From Chthoniobacteraceae bacterium (GTDB lineage: Bacteria; Verrucomicrobiota; Verrucomicrobiia; Chthoniobacterales; Chthoniobacteraceae): a stretch of 37,178 bases of DNA. Numbering within the stretch: the stretch's first letter is position 1; each line of letters starts with the position of its first letter. The position numbers and the translations under genes were made by a program. Positions 19,423 through 29,575 of the stretch are shown here, piece by piece. The DNA lies in NCBI GenBank assembly GCA_031409335.1, contig JANNWY010000030.1, positions 1 to 37,178 of the forward strand, written 5' to 3'. The notes beneath the pieces were generated by a model. It saw only the letters and a program-made list of their open reading frames with translations. It did no database searches and was not told the origin of the DNA.

Positions 19423-20457
19423 ATGCCTTCCAAGATCGCATCCCAACTTTCGGCAAAGGCAGTCGCAACTTTGCGGGCGGATTTTGACCGGCTCCTTTGC
19501 TCCAATCAGGAAGCAACACTGACGAGGATGCGCGATCCGATTAGCGGGAAAATCATTCTGAATTCCGACGACCTCTTCCGAATGCTGCCGCGATATGAAG
19601 CCCGCCCCGCCGACCGAATGTTTCTCGGACCGTTGCTCTACCCTGTGGCGCGCGATTTCACCGACGCGACCTATGCCCGGCTTCTGGCGCGTCCTGCCAC
19701 TTCGGACGACACGATCGTTTTTACCGCCGGAGGTTCAGCGACCGGAAAGAGTTCGATCTTGCGCAGCGCGGGGCGAAAGCGCGGAGTCGATTTTGTCGTG
19801 GATACGACGTTCTCGAATGTCCAGCGGGCTTTGAATCAGGTGAATCTCGCGCTCGCTGCCGGGCGCAAAGTGGAGATTTATTACGTCCATCGCGATTTTC
19901 GCGAATCGGCCATCGCCATGATCGAGAGGGCGCTCGACCCGGCATCCGGGCGCATCGTTCCCATCGACGACATGGCCAGGACGCATTTTGGCGCGCAACG
20001 CTCAGTGCTCGAAGCCATCGTGAACTATTGGGAGGAACCCCGGGTTCTGATCGAATTGCGTGCGAACTCCGCGGGAAAGTTGCGGCAACTCAGCGAGGAA
20101 GAATTCGCCCGGAAGCTGCACCCCTCCGTTGACGCACTCGCTGAACTCGGCCAGTCTGTCCTCAATGAGTTTCGCGAAAATCAAGACCAGCAAGGGCGTT
20201 CGCGCGATCCAGATCACGACGCCCGAGGGGAAAGCCTATACTTTTCGGAGGCTTTCTACGAAGCCGCTCGATCCCAAACTAAAAGCCGAGGGAAAACTGC
20301 GCGCCAAGGCCATGCGGGAGGGCTTTCAAAAGGCGGTCAAGAGGGCCGTCAAAAAAGGCGTTCCGCTCCAAAAACTCGTCCCCGTCAGTTAAATAAACCC
20401 GGTCCTGCGTCGTATTCCGGCGAAGTGAGCGGAGATCAGCGAAGAGGAGCGGTTTGA
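19423..20457 (+). CDS. Zeta-toxin-like P-loop kinase with rearranged motif order and a low-complexity tail
   Basis: Walker A FTAGGSATGKSS, FVVDTTFS, AGRKVEIYYVHRD, IERA....GRIVP and THFGA. The ILNSDD..RMLPRY segment lies before Walker A. Confidence 0.75.
   Translation: MPSKIASQLSAKAVATLRADFDRLLCSNQEATLTRMRDPISGKIILNSDDLFRMLPRYEARPADRMFLGPLLYPVARDFTDATYARLLARPATSDDTIVFTAGGSATGKSSILRSAGRKRGVDFVVDTTFSNVQRALNQVNLALAAGRKVEIYYVHRDFRESAIAMIERALDPASGRIVPIDDMARTHFGAQRSVLEAIVNYWEEPRVLIELRANSAGKLRQLSEEEFARKLHPSVDALAELGQSVLNEFRENQDQQGRSRDPDHDARGESLYFSEAFYEAARSQTKSRGKTARQGHAGGLSKGGQEGRQKRRSAPKTRPRQLNKPGPASYSGEVSGDQRRGAV
20165..20392 (+). CDS. Small basic protein nested in the 3' end of the zeta-like gene (candidate partner/antitoxin)
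   Basis: 75-aa ORF MSFAKIKTSKGVRAIQITTPEGKAYTFRR...AMREGFQKAVKRAVKKGVPL in another frame. It looks more protein-like than the overlapping kinase tail. Confidence 0.5.
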   Translation: MSFAKIKTSKGVRAIQITTPEGKAYTFRRLSTKPLDPKLKAEGKLRAKAMREGFQKAVKRAVKKGVPLQKLVPVS

Positions 20458-20741
20458 AATATCCTTCGGAGAGCGAAATTCTAGAAGCGACCCCGTTCAT
20501 ACCGCGCCCGCAATTCACACCGTCCTCAAACTCGCCCCGCCCGCCTCCGGGACGCTTCTTTTCCGCGTGGGCGTGAGCGCCGAATAGCGGCTTCGGGCGG
20601 AAAAGCTCCGTGCGGCGCTCGAAGTAATCCGCGTAGCTGAAAGGACATGGTTGGCGATAAGCGGATTGAAACTGCTCTCGCTCTATCAGCGAAACGAAAA
20701 GCTCTTTTACCCTTCGGTCCCACTCCGCGATCATAGGCCGC

Positions 20742-20966
20742 ATGAACTACCTCGACCGCATCACCTACAATCCTGCGCAATGCGGCGGGCGGCCCTGCAT
20801 CCGCGGGATGCGCATCCGTGTGAAAGACGTGCTCGACCTGCTCGCCGCCGACGTTCCCGAGGCGGAAATCCTCGCTGACTTTCCCGATCTCGAAACCGGT
20901 GACATCAAGGCGTGTCTGCAATACGCCGCCGCGCAGGCCGATCACGCTGTGCTCGTCGTCGCGTGA
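20742..20966 (+). CDS. DUF433 (VapB45-like) antitoxin
   Basis: RITYNPAQCGGRPCIRGMRIRVKDVLDLLA......EILADFPDLE..DI.ACL.YAA is the canonical DUF433 pattern. Confidence 0.95.
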   Translation: MNYLDRITYNPAQCGGRPCIRGMRIRVKDVLDLLAADVPEAEILADFPDLETGDIKACLQYAAAQADHAVLVVA

Positions 20967-21082
20967 AGTTCGTCGTCGATGCGCAGCTTCCGCCCGCGCT
21001 CGCCGCGTTGCTGTGCGAACTCGGTCAGGAAGCCGTCGCCGTACGCGACATCGGCCTGCGCGACTCGGAAGACGGCGCGTGA
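20963..21082 (+). pseudogene. Truncated DUF5615 (VapC45-like PIN) toxin
   Basis: GTGA-coupled ORF MKFVVDAQLPPALAALLCELGQEAVAVRDIGLRDSEDGA* stops after 39 aa. The expected downstream TKD.DF segment was not found. Confidence 0.85.
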
Positions 21083-21133
21083 GCGGGTGCGCAGCACAAA
21101 ATCGAGTGGCTTCATCGTTGGTGCTTTTTGGCG

Positions 21134-21607
21134 CTAGCGCTTGTCCAGCGCGTTGTTTTGTTCGTTGTAAGCTCGGGTTCCCACTGAATGGGCGTGTTGA
21201 AATTGCTTGCCGTTGATTATGCAAGGTCCGTATGCGCTCAGCGTTAGCGTGCGGCGAATGACCCAGCTCCGATAGGTAGAACCATTAACTGGCTTCGTCG
21301 GCTTCTTCCACTCCTCCCATTTTTCATTCTGCGCGTTGGCCGACAGTATGGTGTTTAACTCCGATTCCGTGAACTCGGCGTCGTTCTCCTTCACGTAAAC
21401 CTCTGATTGGCTGATGTCGTTTATGTACTCTACCACGATGCGGTAGCCGTCAGAGCGGTAGATGTATCCGGTGCGACCCTTCACGTCACGATACACTTCC
21501 ACCGGTTTTCCGTAGCGTTCGGTGACCTTAGCTTGAGTGTCGCCAAGCCTCGCCTCTGCGGAAAGGGCTAGACAGACCGTTGCGATGAAGGAAATGAGAA
21601 TCTTCAT
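21134..21607 (-). CDS. Secreted hypothetical protein
   Basis: Clear signal peptide (MKILISFIATVCLALSAEA-RLG), RLGDT...V..RYGKP and visibly lower GC than the flanks. Confidence 0.8.
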   Translation of the reverse strand: MKILISFIATVCLALSAEARLGDTQAKVTERYGKPVEVYRDVKGRTGYIYRSDGYRIVVEYINDISQSEVYVKENDAEFTESELNTILSANAQNEKWEEWKKPTKPVNGSTYRSWVIRRTLTLSAYGPCIINGKQFQHAHSVGTRAYNEQNNALDKR

Positions 21608-21609
21608 AT

Positions 21610-21855
21610 TTAAGATTGGGAACAGTCAGATGCTACGTGCGTACGAAGGCCAGAAAGTATCGACTCAAGTTGCCGGCGATCCTTGAGATGCTGATGCTCT
21701 CCAACTCCATTCTGCTGCGGAATTAAACTCGGCAGTAAAGAAAGGACCTCAACAATGAGTGCCTGTGTTTTTTGGATTTTCGCAATGGACTTCGCATCCT
21801 GTGTGATGGCCTCTTCATGGCGGTCAATCGTGTGTTCGATGTCTTCTGTATTCAT
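21610..21855 (-). CDS. Small hypothetical protein (helical/coiled-coil-like)
   Basis: MNTEDIEHTIDRHEEAITQDAKSIAKIQKTQ... Its stop is 2 nt before the next start, and it is lower GC. Confidence 0.55.
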   Translation of the reverse strand: MNTEDIEHTIDRHEEAITQDAKSIAKIQKTQALIVEVLSLLPSLIPQQNGVGEHQHLKDRRQLESILSGLRTHVASDCSQS

Positions 21856-22120
21856 TGAGTTTGGTAATGGTGAAGCGGGTGCGCCAAGCCCCGCAGTATG
21901 GTTTAACTCCGTCTTGGCTAACAAACGTGTGATAGCGGGACGAGTGTTCAGGCGTCAATGACGTTCGGGCCGTTCTCAAATTGCCATTTGCAGTACGAGG
22001 GCCATTCCAAGCATTTCGCTCTGCGGGTTCGCCTGTCCGCGTTCCAAACGGAGACAGGGAACGAGGACGCTAGATCGGTGACGTAAAGTTTGGCGCGCAC
22101 CGCTTCCATCCGGTATCTGA

Positions 22121-24181
<2,061 letters not shown>

Positions 24182-24240
24182 GCTCGATGCCGCGCACTTC
24201 TCGCTTCTCAGCGCGGTGCGATTGCATAAGCATCCGCGCC

Positions 24241-25236
24241 GTGCGTCGCTTTTTGAAGTTGCTCGTTGTCGTTATTTTGATCGCAGGAGCGGGCCTGCGC
24301 GCACAGCAGACTGCGCCTCTCGATGACGCGGAAAAGCGCCGCCAATTTCTCAAGGCACGCGAGGAAATGCGGACCGTCCCCGCGACTCCCTCGCCCGACG
24401 CAACGCCGCGACCGAAACCAAAGCCGCGCCCCGTCCCGCTCCCCGAGCCGGAGGCGACGCCGCGACCGAAACCAAAGCCGGAGCCTGAAGCGACCCCTCG
24501 TCCAAAACCCAAGCCCGAGCCAGAGCCGACGCCGCGGCCAAAACCGAAACCGGAACCGGAAGCACCACCGCGCCCAAAGCCAAAACCCGAGCCGCCGCCG
24601 GTGACACCGCGCCCCGTCCCGCCGCGTCCGAAGCCCGCGACGGATGACAGGCCGCCAGCCGCGGTGACGATCGAAAAACGCGAGTCGCTCGACATTCAAC
24701 CCGCGCCGCCAGTCGGCTGGTTCGAGCGCTGGAAATATCTGCCCCGGTCCCTGCGCGCGGAGATTGATCGCGCGAAAGTGCGCAAGGGCCGCTGGCGTTA
24801 CATCGTCCTCCACAACAGCGGCACGCGGCAGGGAAATGCGCGCGCATTTGAACACTATCACCGCAACGTCCGGCGCATGGTGAACGGGCTCGCGTATCAT
24901 TTCGTGATCGGCAACGGCACTTCGTCCGGCGACGGGCAGATCGAACTCGGGAATCGCTGGCGCCGGCAGATTCAAGGCGGGCACGTTCACAGCGACTATC
25001 TCAACAACATCGCGTTAGGGATTTGTTTCGTGGGAGATTTTAATCGCGACAAACCCACGCAGCGCCAGCTCGAAGCGACCGAGGAACTGGTGCGCTACTT
25101 GCGCATCCGCGTGGGCAAGATCGATCACAAATGGGCGATCGTGAAAGCGCACCGCGAGATCAATCCGCCGCGCTGGCCGACGGACTGTCCGGGCGATCGC
25201 TTTCCGTACCGCTGGCAGCACGGGAAGTTCGATTAA
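24241..25236 (+). CDS. N-acetylmuramoyl-L-alanine amidase (Amidase_2/PGRP-like) with a Pro/Lys/Glu-rich linker
   Basis: Signal/TM segment, WRYIVLHNSGT, GLAYHFVIGNG, LGICFVGDF, HREI and TDCPG. GTG start inferred. Confidence 0.9.
   Translation: MRRFLKLLVVVILIAGAGLRAQQTAPLDDAEKRRQFLKAREEMRTVPATPSPDATPRPKPKPRPVPLPEPEATPRPKPKPEPEATPRPKPKPEPEPTPRPKPKPEPEAPPRPKPKPEPPPVTPRPVPPRPKPATDDRPPAAVTIEKRESLDIQPAPPVGWFERWKYLPRSLRAEIDRAKVRKGRWRYIVLHNSGTRQGNARAFEHYHRNVRRMVNGLAYHFVIGNGTSSGDGQIELGNRWRRQIQGGHVHSDYLNNIALGICFVGDFNRDKPTQRQLEATEELVRYLRIRVGKIDHKWAIVKAHREINPPRWPTDCPGDRFPYRWQHGKFD
24400..24640 (+). repeat. Coding tandem repeat, ~36-nt unit (ATPRPKPKPEPE)
   Basis: About five to six degenerate copies of (A/P)TPRPKPKPEPE, with synonymous variation between copies. 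Confidence 0.85.
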
Positions 25237-25244
25237 GCTGCGCG

Positions 25245-26120
25245 ATGATTCTCGGAATCACCGGCGCGTCCGGCTTCATCGGAATGCGCGTCATCGACAT
25301 CGCGCTCGGGCGCGGACACGAAGTCGTCGCGTTTTCGCGGTCGCCGCAGCGCGGGATTCCCGGCTGCGAGATGCGCGCTTTCTCGGTCGATGCGCCGCCG
25401 GATTTGCGTGGCTGCGATGCGGTGATTCATCTCGCGGGCGAGTCCGTCGTCGGGCTTTGGACTGCGTCGAAAAAGCAGCGCATTACTGAAAGCCGCGTGC
25501 TCGGGACGCGGCGTGTCGTCGAGGCGATCGGGCGGATGGATGGGCCGCCGGAGGTGTTCGTGTGCGGCTCGGCGGTTGGTCTTTATCCGGACTCGGGGGA
25601 TGCGGAACTGACGGAAGTTTCGGCGAGCGGCGATGGCTTTCTCGCCGAGACGGTCCGGGCGTGGGAAGGGGAGGCGATGAAGGCGGAGCGGACACGCGTG
25701 GTGCTGCTGCGGACGGGCATCGTGCTGGGAAAAGGCGGCGGTGCGCTCGAGGTGATGACGCCGGTTTTTCGCGCGGGCCTCGGCGGGCAAATCGCGGACG
25801 GGCGGCAGTGGATGCCGTGGATTCATCTCGAAGATGAAGCGCGGCTGATCCTGTTCGCGGTCGAGAATCTCGAAATCTGCGGCGCGCTGAATGCCACCGC
25901 GCCGTGGCCCGCGCGGAACACAGACTTCACGCGCGCGCTCGCGAAAGCCGTGCGCCGTCCCGCGCTCTTCCGCGTGCCCGCATTCGCGCTGCGAATGCTC
26001 GGCGATTTTTCCCATGAATTGCTCGACAGCAAACGCGTGCTCCCCGCCGCGGCTGTCGAACACGGGTTTGGATTCCAGTTTCCCGAGCTCGATCCCGCGC
26101 TGAAAAACCTGCTGGGGTAG
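25245..26120 (+). CDS. TIGR01777-family NAD-dependent epimerase/oxidoreductase (YfcH-like)
   Basis: ITGASGFIG, AVIHLAGE, I.ESRV.GT, SAVG.Y, RTGIVL, GRQWMPWIH and GF.FQFP.L..AL. Confidence 0.93.
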   Translation: MILGITGASGFIGMRVIDIALGRGHEVVAFSRSPQRGIPGCEMRAFSVDAPPDLRGCDAVIHLAGESVVGLWTASKKQRITESRVLGTRRVVEAIGRMDGPPEVFVCGSAVGLYPDSGDAELTEVSASGDGFLAETVRAWEGEAMKAERTRVVLLRTGIVLGKGGGALEVMTPVFRAGLGGQIADGRQWMPWIHLEDEARLILFAVENLEICGALNATAPWPARNTDFTRALAKAVRRPALFRVPAFALRMLGDFSHELLDSKRVLPAAAVEHGFGFQFPELDPALKNLLG

Positions 26121-26135
26121 CGCAGCACGCGGGAA

Positions 26136-26306
26136 TTCCGGGTAGCACGCTCGTCTCGAGCGTTGGCGAAGGCGTCCCGCCTTCGCGAACTTTCAAAACC
26201 GCTCGAAATGCGAGAACGCGAGAACGTCTCCTGAGTCGATAGTATGGGAAAGTTCGTCTCCGCGGGACGCGAAGACCGACGCTCGGGACGAGCGTGCTAC
26301 CCGGAA
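26136..26306. repeat. GTAG-type REP doublet (REPIN-like) between convergent genes
   Basis: TTCCGGGTAGCACGCTCGTCTCGAGCGT...CGAACTTTC (26136-26194) is inverted relative to GAAAGTTCG...ACGCTCGGGACGAGCGTGCTACCCGGAA (26248-26306). The arms contain internal hairpins. Confidence 0.9.
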
Positions 26307-26327
26307 ATCCGATGCGCGGCCTTTTTC

Positions 26328-28406
26328 CTATTGCCGCGTTGGCATCGGCACGGTGCTGAGGTATTGCCAGATCGCCTCAAATTGCGCTGCCGCTTTTCCG
26401 CCGAGCACATCGCCGAGCGGCGTGTTGCCTTCGTCGTCGGCGAAACGCGGCATCTTCGTCTCCGCGTCGATGCGCAGCGGCGCGAGCACCCAGCGCAGGT
26501 AGTAGCCTTTGCGCAGGCGCTCGCGGGTGTAGGAGAAATTTGGCGCGGGTGCCTCGAAGACGGCGGTCGCGGCGCGGTCGGCGAGGGTGTGGCAGGTCGT
26601 GCAATTGAAGCCGCCGTTTTCGCCGATGAGTTGCTCGCCCGCTTTCACGATGTCCTCCGCGGGACCGGGTTCTTTTGAAATCGCGAGCGCGAAGCCGTGC
26701 TCGTGACTGAGCCCTTCCGCGATGCCTTTTGCGTGCAGCGCGAAGCCGGGCATCCGCGCGATTTGATAGTGCCGTGGTTTGTATGCGGTCCTTCCAGCGA
26801 TGAATTGCGTCATCCATTCCGGTCGCAGTTTTTCGCCGGCCCACGTCAGCATCGGCGCGACCGTTCCCGCGATGGGATGTCCCTCGACTGGCTCCGACGG
26901 CGCACCCGCCGTGAGCGCGCCCGTCTCGCCTTCGAGTTGCGACCACACGCTCGATTCCGCATCGCGCGCATGGCACGCGGCGCAGCGGAGATTCTTGAGC
27001 TGACGTTCCGCGTATTCGATTGGCGAATCGTGTTTCAACGAAGCGAAGCCGCTCGCGGCGAAAGCGCGGAGCGCGTCGCGTTGTTTCGCGTCGAAGACAA
27101 AGTCTGGAGCGTCGCCGCGCGCTCTCGGATCATCGCCGACGCAGCCTTTCGTCCAGCCATTCGCGAGTGTCGCAGCGAGCGCCGGCTGGGTGGTTGGCGG
27201 CACGCCGGCGTGGCAATTCAGACAGCCCGCCGACACGAGGAGCTGCGCGCCTTTCGCCGCATCGCCCGCGGGACCGGCGGGAAATTCGCGCTGCGTGCCG
27301 CTCAGCAAATACGCGGTGATGCGCTCGGCCTCCTCTTCAGTCAGGCGAAAGTGCGGCATCCGCGACGACGCAAAATTCTTCGCGGGATCGTTCAGGTATT
27401 CGCGCAGCGCGGGTGGCTGCCACTTGGACTTGAGGTGCGAAAGCGGGACGCGATCGTATTCATCCTGCCCCTGAAAATCCGGCGTGGAGTGACAGGCGAT
27501 GCAGCCGAAATTCGCGAAGAGCGCTCCGCCGAGCGGCGCGTTTTCCGCCGCGGGTGCGGTGTCATCGCGTTTTCCCTGAGAGATGAAATACGCCGCGAGA
27601 TCGCGCGCCCGCTGGTCGATCTTTCCCTCGGCATCGACCGCAAACACGCGCGGCATCAGGCCGTGCGGGCGGATGCTGTGCGGATTGCCGATCCACTGCG
27701 CGAGCCACGCCTCGTTGAATTTTCCACCGAGGTCGGCGAGCAGTGGCGCATCCTGCGCGAGTTCGGCCATGCCTTCACCCTTCGCGGGAATCAGCGTCGC
27801 GTCGGCGTGACAGGCCGCGCAGCGCATCTGCGCGAAGAGCATCCGGCCTTCGCGGACGCGCTGGCCGGCGCGGAGTTCGGGTGCGGAAATATTGTGCGTG
27901 AAAGAAGTTGGCGGGATTGGCTCGGCGGGAAATTCCTTGGAACTCCACGTCACTTGCAGAAAGGCATCCTCCTTTCCGTCGCCGGAAAATTCCGCGACGA
28001 TTTTGTTGCCGCCCTTGTTGAGTTGCAGCGTCTTGTTCATCACCTGCACGGTCGAATCGCCCGCGCCTTCAAAGACCTCGCTGCCATTGATGGTGAGCTT
28101 CAGCGCGCCGCGCACTTCGGCGGCGATGGTGTATTCCGAGCGCAGCGGCGAAACGATCTCGCCCTCCCATTTTGCCGCGAATGCGCCAGCGGGCAGAAAC
28201 GGCGTGACCGCCGCGCCTGCGGGTACATGCAGCGCGAGGATGCGGGCATCGCGCGTGTCGCTTTTTCCGCCTGCGGTGAAAGTGACCGTCAGGCCGGGAT
28301 TCATCTTCGGCGCTTGTTCCGCGAGCGGCGCGGGCTTCACGATGTTCTCGGAAAAGCTGCACGGTGCGAGTGCGAGCAGGGCGGCGAGGATGGCAGGAAA
28401 CTTCAT
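26328..28406 (-). CDS. Secreted multi-heme c-type cytochrome with an N-terminal PA14-like domain
   Basis: Signal peptide, F.A.WEG....Y......G...L.ING (PA14-like) and five CxxCH motifs (CAACH, CIACH, CLNCH, CAACH, CTTCH). Several are followed by P.L...G.K....W..MP.F. Confidence 0.88.
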   Translation of the reverse strand: MKFPAILAALLALAPCSFSENIVKPAPLAEQAPKMNPGLTVTFTAGGKSDTRDARILALHVPAGAAVTPFLPAGAFAAKWEGEIVSPLRSEYTIAAEVRGALKLTINGSEVFEGAGDSTVQVMNKTLQLNKGGNKIVAEFSGDGKEDAFLQVTWSSKEFPAEPIPPTSFTHNISAPELRAGQRVREGRMLFAQMRCAACHADATLIPAKGEGMAELAQDAPLLADLGGKFNEAWLAQWIGNPHSIRPHGLMPRVFAVDAEGKIDQRARDLAAYFISQGKRDDTAPAAENAPLGGALFANFGCIACHSTPDFQGQDEYDRVPLSHLKSKWQPPALREYLNDPAKNFASSRMPHFRLTEEEAERITAYLLSGTQREFPAGPAGDAAKGAQLLVSAGCLNCHAGVPPTTQPALAATLANGWTKGCVGDDPRARGDAPDFVFDAKQRDALRAFAASGFASLKHDSPIEYAERQLKNLRCAACHARDAESSVWSQLEGETGALTAGAPSEPVEGHPIAGTVAPMLTWAGEKLRPEWMTQFIAGRTAYKPRHYQIARMPGFALHAKGIAEGLSHEHGFALAISKEPGPAEDIVKAGEQLIGENGGFNCTTCHTLADRAATAVFEAPAPNFSYTRERLRKGYYLRWVLAPLRIDAETKMPRFADDEGNTPLGDVLGGKAAAQFEAIWQYLSTVPMPTRQ

Positions 28407-28444
28407 TTTGATTTCGGGAGCGGGAACTTCGACGGGGCGGCGCT

Positions 28445-28524
28445 AAATTCCAAACAAACTTCAAATTCGGAAATCCCCTCCGACTTCGAAGTCGGAAGGA
28501 GAGGAACGCGCTCATTTGGAATTT
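28445..28524. repeat. Nested palindromes in the divergent intergenic region
   Basis: A perfect 18-bp palindrome TCCGACTTCGAAGTCGGA (28479-28496) sits inside the inverted pair AAATTCCAAA (28445-28454) / TTTGGAATTT (28515-28524). Confidence 0.75.
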
Positions 28525-28560
28525 GTGTCCCGACCCGCGCACGTGCAGATCATGCTGGCT

Positions 28561-29499
28561 ATGTTCACCCGCCGCCACTTCTTCGTCGCCACTGCCGCGC
28601 TTGCTCTCGCCCCGATCTGTCTCCATGCCGCCGACGCGCCGAGACGGAAGATTCTGTTCTTCACGAAATCGAGCGGCTTCGAGCATGAGGTCATTAGTTA
28701 CAAAAACGGGCAGCCGAGTTTCGCGGAGAAAGTCCTCGTCGATCTCGGGGCGAAGAAGAATTGGGAATTCGTGTTTTCAAAGGATGGCTCGTTGTTTTCG
28801 CCGGACTATTTGAAGCAGTTCGACGCGCTCTTTTTCTACACCACGGGAAATCTGTGCGATCCCGGCACCGACAAACATCCGGCGATGACGGAGCAGGGGA
28901 AGCAGGCGCTGCTCGCCTATGTGGCGGGCGGAAAAGGCTTCATCGGGTCGCACAGCGCGAGCGATACTTTTCACACGAAGAACGAGGCGAACAAGGGGCC
29001 GGCTCGCTATCAGAATTTCGGCGACGCGGCTGATCCTTACGTGAAAATGCTCGGCGGCGAATTCATCAAACACGGCGCGCAGCAGTCGGCGAAAATGCGC
29101 TGCGTGGATGCGAAATTTCCGGGATTGGAAAAATACGCGGCGGGATTCGATCTGAAGGAGGAGTGGTATTCGCTGAAAGATTTTCGGGCGGACATCCATG
29201 TGCTGCTCGTGCAGGAATCGGAGTCGATGAAGGGCATCGAATACCAGCGGCCCGCGTATCCCGCGACGTGGGCGCGTGCGCATGGAAAGGGGCGCGTCTT
29301 TTACACGTCGATGGGACATCGCGAGGACGTTTGGACGAACCCGATTTTCCAGGACATCCTCAGTGGCGGCATCGCATGGGCGCTCGGCGATGCGAAGGCG
29401 GATGTGACGCCGAACCTGACGGAAACCGCGCCGGGCGCGCTGACGAATCCGCCGTTTCCACCGCCGAAAGCAGCCGCTCCGGCCGCGCCGGTGAATTGA
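28561..29499 (+). CDS. ThuA-like (class I glutamine amidotransferase-like) domain protein, Tat signal
   Basis: MFTRRHFF, KILFFTKSSGFEH, GGKGFIGSHSASDT, LGGEFIKHG, EEWY and GKGRVFYTSMGHREDVW. Confidence 0.9.
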   Translation: MFTRRHFFVATAALALAPICLHAADAPRRKILFFTKSSGFEHEVISYKNGQPSFAEKVLVDLGAKKNWEFVFSKDGSLFSPDYLKQFDALFFYTTGNLCDPGTDKHPAMTEQGKQALLAYVAGGKGFIGSHSASDTFHTKNEANKGPARYQNFGDAADPYVKMLGGEFIKHGAQQSAKMRCVDAKFPGLEKYAAGFDLKEEWYSLKDFRADIHVLLVQESESMKGIEYQRPAYPATWARAHGKGRVFYTSMGHREDVWTNPIFQDILSGGIAWALGDAKADVTPNLTETAPGALTNPPFPPPKAAAPAAPVN

Positions 29500-29575
29500 G
29501 CTTTCTGAGCCGCGCGGAAAATTGGCGCTTGGAATTTTCACCGCTCGCGGGTCAATCGTTGCACCACGCAATCTT

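Noticed and set aside
20458..20741. Possible gene between the zeta-like kinase and DUF433 (ORFs 20279-20743 -, 20526-21224 -)
   Set aside because: These ORFs overlap real genes on the other strand and show no recognisable motif. The region is left unassigned.
21910..21940. Palindromic site as the chromosomal dif site
   Set aside because: It has a 6-bp spacer, but the arms do not resemble the XerD consensus TTATGTTAAAT.
24400..24640. Regular ~36-nt repeats as a possible CRISPR array
   Set aside because: The repeats are in-frame, vary at synonymous positions and encode a Pro-rich linker. There are no unique spacers and no cas genes.
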